The notes under the pieces are model-generated. The model was given only the letters and a program-made list of their open reading frames with translations. It searched no databases and was not told the origin of the DNA. A DNA stretch of 63,654 nucleotides, filler included, from Lenisia limosa (Eukaryota > Protista > Breviatea), in NCBI GenBank assembly GCA_001655205.1. It is 9 parts of 9 records of this genome, joined end to end, with 100 filler letters (N's around TTAATTAATTAA, not from the genome) between each part and the next. Parts side by side here need not be neighbours in the genome. Positions count along the whole stretch, not along the records: positions 33,115 to 38,681 come from LPNZ01001714.1; positions 38,782 to 54,227 come from LPNZ01007125.1; 7 more parts are not named here. One strand, given 5' to 3'. Made by a program: the position numbers and the translations under genes. Shown here one piece after another: positions 35,848-45,879 of the stretch (position 1 is the first letter of the stretch; each line of letters opens with the position of its first letter).

Positions 35848-36871
35848 ACTTCTATTACTCGCTCTCCACCCCCGACCTTAGCAGCCGCTTCGTAGATTTG
35901 GTCCCTCACACGAGGGTGGATGGTTGCGGGTTTCGTGAGTTGATCTGCGGCGTGTTATTTGTAGAACTTCAGTTATGGTTCGAAAATATCGATATTTTAC
36001 CGAGGGTATATTAAGAACTTTACTTACTCTCTTAAATACTCCCAAATACTCTACAATAGCCTTCAACAGGCAACACCCTCCAACACTTGAAACACTGGAA
36101 AAGCGCAACACCAAAGACCAGGCCAACTCCAGCTACTGCACCGACTTTCACGATGGGATGGAGCTGATTTATGAACAAAAAACCTAAAATCAACTCGGTT
36201 TAGCTGACAATACACAAGAGTTGATAATAACAAAACAAACAAAACCCAGGCCAGTCAATTCTGCAGCACCGCATCCACTATGAGAGGGGTGGTTGTTGTT
36301 AGGGAAGAGATGGGGATTCTGAAGTGCGGGGGTAATGGGCAGTGCTGCTCTGATCTGTTGATTCTGAGTTGTTTTTAACTAATTCAGAATTCGGTTCGTA
36401 ATTAGTACGCCTTTACGCAAATTTTTTCATCGAAATTCCTTCGTTTTACTCCCCCCCCCCCCAACCGAAGCAAAGCCCTTCTTCGTTTTGACAACATCGT
36501 TTTTGTCAACTTCCGAATTCATACTGCGGAGTAAAATTGGATTTTGGGAGTGGGGAGGGGGGGGGGAATGAATGGAGTAAAATTGGAAAATTAATGAAAC
36601 AAAAAGCCCATAATCAACTTTGTTGGCAAGAATAACAAAACAAATCAAGCCCAGACCAGTCGAGAAATATAAATAAGTTGTATCTGACCAAAGTCGTCCA
36701 CGCCATCACGCTTATAAGGGATAGCCTTTTTTTGGGGCAAACTTGTATAGTATATATAATATACATATAATAGTAGAATAGTAAAACATTAGATATGATG
36801 AAGGTCCCATATAGGGTTATAAAAAAACGCTAATTTTCCCAGATTGACCATTCATTATTTTTGACTTCGCA

Positions 36872-37310
36872 GCTCCCTACCCCGAACCCGGCGCCATCGC
36901 CACACCCCCTCTGACATTCCCGAGACCCCTGAGTCACCCGACGTACGTCCGCGCTCAAGCACTGAACAGTTCCCAAAGACCTGCACTGCTGCTGGCAAGA
37001 CCACACCCAGACGGAAAAGTGTTGATGAGAGAGGGGTTTGTGGGAATATCGAATTGATACTATTTCTATCATTTTTCATTTTCTCGTATATACTGATTCT
37101 TTAGAAGAACAAGCAGGTAGACTTTACGTGTAATGCCATTGTGGATTGATTGTTGGTATCTGCTTCATGTGTATCATAGCAAAATATGATATCAATTCCT
37201 TTTCTGAAGCAGTTTTGTAGATTGAAACGCTGCACCCAACTGGTGAAGTCTACAAATCCGGCATGTTATGGCGACAGAGCCGAATGACTGAGGTAGGCTC
37301 AGGTATATTT
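36872..37310 (+). CDS. Part of a gene with Ser/Pro-rich linker and start of a PH-like domain
   Basis: In-phase exons SLPRTRRHRHTPSDIPETPESPDVRPRSS...RRKSVDERG / KNKQ (12-nt micro-exon) / IETLHPTGEVYKSGMLWRQSRMTE. Confidence 0.45.
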
Positions 37311-37459
37311 CAGACCGCAATGTAGCCAATCAGTTTTTTTGTCTGCACTGTCCCATTTTCCAACTGTGTTCACTGACATTACTAGGAATGGAAGCGAGTG
37401 CCCCCCCCCCCCTATATTTAGGAATGAGTAAATGAAGCAATAATCAATCTCAGGCCGAA

Positions 37460-37641
37460 TAAGGAACCGTTAGGGTACGTTTATGTAAAGTTCAGTACAA
37501 TGTTTGTAAAATAATTTAAGTTGTACCTACTCAAAAGGAGGTACTTAAAAATTCGTAAACCAAAAAAATATCTGAAAATTTTGGAATTTAAAAATTTCAC
37601 GTAAATTTTCGTGAAAATTCGTGTACCCGAACGGTCCCTAA
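37460..37641 (+). mobile_element. MITE-like element E (~180 bp)
   Basis: Left TAAGGAACCGTTAGGGTAC; right GTACCCGAACGGTCCCTA (imperfect TIR); AT-rich interior; TA at both ends. Confidence 0.55.
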
Positions 37642-37703
37642 ATCAACCTTGGAGGTCTTCATATATACGATATACACGCCTCCACCAGTCAACTGTCAAA
37701 ATG

Positions 37704-37800
37704 TTATTACACCATTGTTATTACACCATTGTTATTACGCCATTGTTATTACGCCTTTATATTTCGCCATTATTATTACACCATTATTATTACACCATTC
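37704..37800 (+). repeat. 14-bp minisatellite, about 7 copies
   Basis: TTATTACACCATTG units. Confidence 0.9.
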
Positions 37801-38781
37801 ACATCCACGTCAACCCTCATACTGATGTGGTTTGGTGGGGTCTCCACGAAGCAGCTCAAAAAAGATATCTCAAAGCAAAGAGTTATATAAATTAGTTTGT
37901 TTTCGGATTTTTAAACAGATGACTGGTCCCAAAGTTGCTGTAGGTTGGGCTGGGTTGGGTGGAGGAGATGGAAATGGTGAATGTTTTCTGCAATGTTTGT
38001 ATGTTTGTGACTTTTTTGTGCACCCAAATGGGAATGGCCGGTAAAAACGGAAACTGACTGATAATTGCTTTGTTCCTTTTTTTTCATTCAAGCATTTAAG
38101 CTAATCTCTCATGTTGGAGTTATTTAGTTAGTTCTATTTATTGAACAGAAAGAAAATGAGTAGGAAGAAGAAAGGCACGAGCGCCTATAAGCCTCGTTCT
38201 CTACCTATTGATGTCGTAAGTCACGTCAAATCCCATTTTTTTGACCAAAAATGTAGCCTTTTATGGACTTGGTTACAGAACAAGTGAGAAGTCGTATCGT
38301 TAGCTACATCGCACTGCTCGCTATCCTCTCCACGCTTACCCTCTGTCGGTAAAAACATAGTCATGTGTTTTATTTCCAAAACCGGGATACCAACGGCCTT
38401 CCGATCCCATTGACCCCTCAGCACTCTTGCCAGCCTTTGTCTTCGATCCTGACAGCAAGCGAGGCTCAGACCTCACCAACCATGCTGAAGCCGTCTTTCT
38501 GCCAGCCTCAGGATCGTCAACGTCGGGTGCGCTCAAGGCTGCTGGAGGCCAGGCTGTCACGGTGGGACTCACAGGAGGATAGCGGCGTTAATGGGCCGCT
38601 ATCCGTTGTGAAAGCCCCGTTCTCGTCGCTTTCATTGCGGCGTTGTTTTCGTTGTTGGGGATGGAGAGGCGGTGCTAATGANNNNNNNNNNNNNNNNNNN
38701 NNNNNNNNNNNNNNNNNNNNNNNNNTTAATTAATTAANNNNNNNNNNNNNNNNNNNNNNNNNNNNNNNNNNNNNNNNNNNN

Positions 38782-40720
38782 GGCATGCGAGACTCTGCTT
38801 CGAGTGCTGTGCTTCTGCGGCTGAACTTGGCCAATGAAGCATAGTTAAAGACTTGTGGTTGTTGAGGGGGTTCAGATTGGTTTGGCAATGATGATGGAAC
38901 AACTGTGGGCACTTTATCTTTTAAAAAAAGACTTTTGTGCAGTAGAACAGCTACTACACTGCAGTGAGCCAGGTAAGGCAGAATTGTCGCATGCAGACGA
39001 CTGAGCTGGTTTCTCATCAGAGGGTGGCAATATCTCATGTCCACCTCGATTATGGGTCTTGCTCCAGGAAACATATTTCATTCGTGAGTGGCAGAGACCC
39101 ATGCATGGTGCCACAAGTTTTCCACCTGAGAGAGGAAAGGGGCTGAGTCCAAGCGCACTATCAGGCTCACAAGTTGTCTCGGTGTAGGTGGCAACAACCA
39201 AGCTGCGAGTGATGCCAACGCTCGGGGCTGCCGCACAGACACAGCCAAGTACGCCAGATGGCAAATGAAGAAAGGCTGTAGAATTAAATATTGTAAACAT
39301 GGTATAAAAACAAATATTATCATAGACAGTGACAAGGATAAGTCTTGTCTGATATTCTTGGAAAATTTTATTGCAAATCAGTCAAGACCAATTTTTATCC
39401 TATCACTGTAGAATATCGCACATGTGGCCGTTCAAAATTCTGGGTTTTTTCGCTAATTTTGCGTTTTCTCAAGCGAATCTGCTTTGTTGTCTCTCTTTTT
39501 TTATGATATTCGAGAAAAACAAGACTAAAATAGGTATAAATTGGGTTTATTTCGCCAAATTAGAAGTAAAATGATCTGGACTTTGATTGCCCTTCATTTT
39601 CGGGTTGATTTGTTCTTCTTCATTTCAAAAGTCGGTTTTAAATTCTAGTCAAGATACATAGAGGTCTAAATAATAAACCCAAATTTCAAACTTTGAATCC
39701 CTTTTGAAGCCTGTTTGTTGATCAGTAGGGATTCTGAGAACATATACTTGATAAAAATCACAAAAAATACTATTATTCAAAACATTAAAGAGAAAAAACC
39801 AGAATCAGTGTCAGTGAAAAATCAGAATTTTGAACGGCCGCATATATGTAAATATGCAGGGTCTTCATAATGTTGCCAATTAAAAATGTTGGAAATTATT
39901 AAAAGAGAAAGTCTACAGACCCAGAATCTTTAAAAGTAGTCATCTCATATAACATCACCTTGATAACAACATATCATATCATATCGTTAAAGCAGGGTTC
40001 CAACCCAGAAAATGGTCACAGATATCCGAACGGTGACGTCATTATTTACTACTTTCCCCTCAAATTTAACGAATAGTGTAGTCAACATCTTAGGAAAAAT
40101 CAATAATTGCTTTAATAAAACTAAACAAAATCACTCGGGTCTCTTTCAGTTATGTTTGTGATTAATCCGAGCCAGTTACTGGGTTGGCATTTGTTAGTCA
40201 CAATTTTATAATTAACACATGAGCATTTGATTTGAAATACCCCACCTACCAGACTATTCTAGATTCTGAGGCACACTTGATTGCTTTTTGATAGCCCTGG
40301 CAATTGCGGCCATATCTCCGCCCAAGTCTTTGACTGAAGGAAAAGCTATAGGATAAATTAGTCGCTCTATTGGAATGTCAAGACAAACCTTCGCATTTGC
40401 GAGAAGTGTCGCTTGCAATTATTACAAAGATAACAACCAGTCGTCAGGACCTTGAAAATGATTTCATGGGTTATTGTGAAGCCTCCGACCATTAGATGCA
40501 GCAATTTGCAAAGGTGGCTTGCCTTAGCTTCATTGGAAGCCAGTTGGTTACAGCCCCTATCGAACAAGGTACATTCCTAACAAAATTAATTGCTTGGGCA
40601 TATAAAATGTTCCTTTAAATTGGAAGCTCACTTGGATAGTTGTTCGAATTGCGGAAAGAATGCGCAAGGGCATCAACCAGAGATAGTGAAGGTGGGGGTT
40701 TTGGCATTTGGTCTTGCTGC
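38782..40720 (-). CDS. Hypothetical multi-exon gene, Cys/His-containing
   Basis: Exon-like blocks QQDQMPKPPPSLSLVDALAHSF, VLTTGCYLCNNCKRHFSQMR and long open frame 38914-39300; structure unresolved. Confidence 0.3.
39327..39408 (+). mobile_element. MITE family C copy
   Basis: CAGTGACAAGGATAAGTCTTGTCTGA...TCAGTCAAGACCAATTTTTATCCTATCACTG|TA. Confidence 0.75.
39421..39844 (+). mobile_element. Non-autonomous TIR element F (~425 bp)
   Basis: Left ATGTGGCCGTTCAAAATTCTGGGTTTTTTCGCT; right AGTGAAAAATCAGAATTTTGAACGGCCGCAT; no ORF. Confidence 0.7.
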
Positions 40721-41255
40721 TGTGTAATGAGAGATATTCAGATAGGAGAACCATAAAATGGGGATTTCAATCACACCCAGACTTATATATTAAAGCCGCA
40801 AAAAGTAAATTAATCAATTTTACCAGCTTACAGGAAATGAGCAAACATATATGAACAGCTACTCCCAAAAAACTTAAATACATCTAAACCCCCCATGTCT
40901 ACATTTCTCTCGATTTCGGAGTAACTCCAGGGTCACTCACCCCCCTGCACGTAATCGCGCTGGGGTTCAGAAATTTCAGGAATTCTGACCAAAAAAGATC
41001 GATATTCTGAGGTCCTCCTTGTGTCATTGAGTGATTCGTAGGTAGGGTTTACAACAGCTTGACCAGACCTCGTTAGGACCTTCAGGCGTCTTAATAGGGA
41101 GCTTCAGAAATCTGAAGATGGCTTAGCATCGCAGTTTGTCTTATGGTAATCCTGACAGTTTGACTTGCGAACCCCCCGCGACCGTTCCCAGAAATAAAAA
41201 TGGGAAAGTTTTTTAAAGCGAACATTTTAATTATCAGAGTAGATATATAATGAAC

Positions 41256-44182
41256 TTAGACCATAGGTCGCCCAATCATAAGAGGAGGAGCTGTTGTTGG
41301 TTCACAAATATTTCCCTCCCGATCGGGATACAAAAGATAGCGACCATACTTGAATGCATGTTCATCAGCATATCTACAAACAGCAGGGACCAAATTACAA
41401 TTACAAAAAACTAACCTTCACAGTGCCAGGATAATTCGGGTACATATGACAAGCTTGATAAGTGAGCTCCTGAAGATCTCTTGCAGTAATAACAGGAGGC
41501 AGATTATTGAAAAGAAGATCATAGTGAACGGGACGCGCAGTACCCTGTCCAAGATCACAAGGCTGCATAATAAAGTCAGTTAGGCAACTACTGTGAGGAC
41601 GAGTAATACCACCAGTTACAATAGTACCAGGTGGAGGATTCAAACCTCTATTAGTGAACATTCTGGTTCCTAATCGCTTTTGAACGATCATATATGCCAA
41701 TCTTGTATTGGGATTCAAATCAATAATTGCTTTTTTAACTGCCTCAATTTCGTTACCTTTCACCTCATCATATGACTGATCACCGACACCATCCCTATAA
41801 TAAATAATTGCCATTGGGAAAATCTTCGCCAATGAATGAAATTGCTTAAGAAGAGAAGTGACGGCCTCATGAGTGAATTTAGCTGAAATCTCCTGACGGC
41901 TTGGTAGAAGATATTGTCGAGCAGCAAAGAAAGCTCCATTTAACTTGTTTGGTACCTCACAAGTAAAAGCCATTGTTGACGGCCAAGATTCACCATTGGG
42001 ACCACGATACGATTTATGAGAAATGTCATGGTATACATCACAACCAATCATCATAACAACTCTGCTGTTATCTTTATCAAAAATATTAGCATTGTATCCT
42101 ATTTTCCAAAGAGAAGCACCCATTTTGACTTGCAGCCCAACAAATAAATTGGATGCCAGAACTTTCGGATAAGATCCTCCTTTTTGAACCCGCGGAGCAT
42201 GTTTCGAAGCAACAACAACTTGCTCGACAACATTATTTTCTAAACACCATCTGCAAACATCGGCATACACTTCCTCTTCTTCCCCATGTCTGACAATTAA
42301 ACAAGCAAGCTTCTTATTCATGTTTGTGCGTGCAGATTTTGACCACCTTTCAAGATTTTCCAACCAAAGTTTGCTATTGGTACCACCTGCAGCTGGTACG
42401 GACTGGGCTTGAATTTTAATTGTAATGTTTTGGTTTTTTCGTTGGCGCTGTTTATCACGAACCATTTCCTCAAAATTTTTAGCCATTGTCGAATAAAAGA
42501 TACAAGAAAAACCTGTGCGAAAGAGGAGGCTCTCTCATCAAATAAAACAAGACAAGGATCCATTGGTGACCCTTGGGTGATATCAAGGTCCCTCATTTGG
42601 GGCATCCATTTTGCTAAAACATCAAAGTGTTACAAGACAAACTTGAGTCATTCGAAACAGAGTCTCTAGCCAAATGAATTCGTTGACCAGGAATTTTATG
42701 GAATGGGACAATATCTGGAGACTGAGACACCGCCACTCCCCAGCGTTTTATTTCTTCCCCAGCAGATCGTTCTACTTTACCACCAGAAACAGAATTCATA
42801 ATTTCCATAAACATTTCAATGTACAAAAGTAAAAAATAATTACAAACTCTTATTCTAGAGGCCGGGGGTTCTGAAGTTAATTCATCCTTAATAGTGTCAT
42901 CTTGATCTCTAGGAAACCTCTTCATATTTGGAAATTCTAAGAGTTCAGCAGGAAACCATGCAATTTGCTTTTCACCACGAAATTCATTCTCAATGCCAAC
43001 AAGAGGAAGATCTTTATATACAATGGCGGTTCTCTAAAATTAACCAAGCAAAAAATAAATACTGCATAGCGCTTCTGAAAATATTCTCCAAATGTTCTCT
43101 CTGGTTCATCTGGTTTATCGGGTCTAGGAGGCATTTTTGTATTAATAGTTTTTGAAGGATCAATTTGAACAACCTTGCCAGAACCCTTTCTGTGCCCACA
43201 TTACCATAACACATAAAACCTGAAATCAACTTCCGTTCCAATTAAATTCTGGTAGTTCCCATTGCAAAGTCTGAGTTCATCTCCAAATGTATACCTCCTT
43301 CCCTACAAAATAAAGTAACATGACTATTTTCCATACCTCATTGTGTGTAGTAGGAGCAACTGAAAGCTTCCATCCATCCGCTTTTAGCAAAATGGATGGT
43401 CTCCAAGCTCTATGAACAATAAAGCAACCATCTGGGGTGGGGCATGTCATTGGATTGTTTAAAGAAAGATACTTCCTTCCATTTTTTTCAAGATCAGAAC
43501 ATAAATCAAGAGCATTATGAAGGATTCCATCAAGTAACATTTCACCTCGTTGTCTTTCATTCTCATCAGGGGAAGAAGCAATTTGATCCAACTAGAATAT
43601 AACAGTAAAATCCTTTCAAACCTTAACTTCCTCGGAGAATCTCACAGACATGTTAATTCTTGCCCCAACAGTTCGAGTAGTAGGGTCATATATTTCAACA
43701 GTGGTGGCTTCAAGTGGTGGCTGACGATTCAGAGATACAATCAAACTCCCATTAAAAAACATATCATCTGATTAATTCTGAGCAACAACCCCAAGGGACT
43801 TTGACCTCACCAAATGCCATTCTCATAGTTGATTTATATGCTTTGAGCCTTTCTCTTTGAAGTGTAATTCTTGAATTTGACTTGATTAAAATACAAAAAT
43901 AACAGGATATTCAAGAGTATATATATACAGCGAAGAATTGGGCTTTAATTGTACAGGATAGAAATTTGTGACAAGTTGATTGGCTTGAACATTTAAAGAT
44001 TTGAATTTTTCAGACAGTGCTGCAACAATTAATTAAAAGGATTCAAAAAAATATCACAAAAGCTTACGAACATTTCCTCCACCTCTTCCTCTTCCGCGAC
44101 CAGCTCCCCCACGACCACGGGGGGCTCCTCCTCGACCACGAAGTGCACCAGTTCCTCTAAATCCTCCTCTTCCTCTTTCCAT
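41256..44182 (-). CDS. AGO: Argonaute/PIWI protein, full length (RG-rich N-term, ArgoN, L1, PAZ, L2, MID, PIWI); about 11 short introns
   Basis: MERGRGGFRG...GRGRGRGG; LVTNFYPVQLKPNSSLYIYTLEYP; PAZ TFGEYFQKRY...DLPLV...WFPAELL; PIWI MMIGCDVYH, SRQEI, IYYRDGVG, IVQKR, NPPPGTIV, QGTARPVHY, LQELTYQACHMY, VPAVCRYAD; stop TAA at 41256-41258. Confidence 0.95.
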
Positions 44183-45879
44183 TATTTTAATAAACCAAAA
44201 GGAGAGCATACAAAAAACTTCACTTTAATATTCAGTTTTTTATAATTGTTTTCCTAACTATTAAACAAAATCTGCTGGGCCGTGACTTATCGTATGGCTG
44301 GATCACTGGATCATGGCTGGTATATCTTTCATATAGATATGAGAGGTTATGCAAAACGGTGTCTCGTACAACTCAGGGGAATCGCTCTTCGCCATTCTCC
44401 GCATCCGCCATGAATGTTCCGCCATCTGCCATGGATTTTCCACCATCCACCATCGTCTCCTATCACCCTATCGCATAACGGTATAACAGTCTCTCAACAG
44501 TCCAACCAAGAAGAAAGTGAAGGAAGCTTTTGAAAAAAATCAGGTATTTGTGTCAGTGAAGGCGATGAGCCAACAATTACAATTGACCCTTGGCAATTGA
44601 CAGAAGCTCTCCGAATTCTGATCATGCGTTTAAAGAGCTTCTTTTGAATCCTCCCCACTCTGCTCTCATAAACTGCAGAAGCTTTAAAAACACAGTTTAT
44701 CTGACCGATCTTATGGTATCTTGAAAATGAAGGTAAATTGCCATGTCATGGTAATCCACTGGTCGGAAAGAAAGTTTAAATGGCTATGAAGTTTGTAGAA
44801 AACCACGAAAATTGAAGAAAAGAAAAAAGAAATGTTTGAAAAAAAAAGGTAAATTTTCATTTTTACAACTTATTCAAAAGTTTTGAAGCAAAGAACAGCT
44901 ATGAAGACGAAGACAAAAACAATTCCTCGCTCTCATAAACGCTGGTTTTTGTGTTTTTACCTCTATGTTATGTTTTATATCTGCATGAATATACTTCTAA
45001 TTATTTTTTTGCAAAAAGGTGGGTTTTTTTTGATAATTTCTTTGAGATAAATCGTTGCTAATTCCCCTTTTGGATATTTTATCTAAAAAAAAAGGAAAAA
45101 AGGAAAAAGTGCCCACACTCATGTGCCTCCACTTATAATGTTATTATTATATTTTGCCAGATCAAATCCTCTTTCTCTTCCGTTTTCGAAAAATTATTCT
45201 GTTTTCATTTGGATCATTCTGTTTTCATTTGTATCCATTTTCATGGGTTTATACAACAATAATGTATACATGGCGTGCTCCTCTGGGGCCTTCATTGAAA
45301 GCATCCTGCTGATAAGATGGATATGGTGTTCCGCCATTTTCATCCAACGGGATTGAAATCCTCGCCACCCGTTGAACGCCACCGGACAACTACCGACTTC
45401 AAAGTTGCTGACGGAATAAATGTAAGACCTCTTGTCTTATTTTGTTTTTTTTGATAGTAACAATATTTAGGCTACCCAGAAGGTCACTCAAGGCAATATT
45501 ACAGGCTGCCACGTCGAGTCAATCTCTTTTATTATATCTCAGGTAAATGCGCTGGTGTAACTCCTCCTTGGCTTGGGAGTGTGTGGGACTCAGTCAATAG
45601 TGGAACTGGAAGAGATTGCCTGGAGAAATTAATATAAAAAGGGTAATAATAATATATCATATATACTATATTATACCATATCATAAAATTATTATATCTT
45701 ATTTATCATTAGCGAAATATTAAAACATAGGAAGTGTTTTGAAAATGAGAAGTCTCAAATGCAGAGTTTAGGAGAAATGTAATACTATTCAAGTTGCTCA
45801 AAAGAAAAATCATTGCAGTAACTCTCAACTACTATTCCCCTCAGTTCAACTTGAAGGAAATGCCTCTCTTATCTACTCT

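Noticed and set aside
36980-37027. GHMP/mevalonate-diphosphate decarboxylase-like motif NTFPSGCGLASSSAG on the minus strand
   Set aside because: A stop follows within 8 codons, the upstream context lacks a pyrimidine-rich acceptor, and the plus strand forms a phase-consistent exon chain here. Treated as antisense coincidence.
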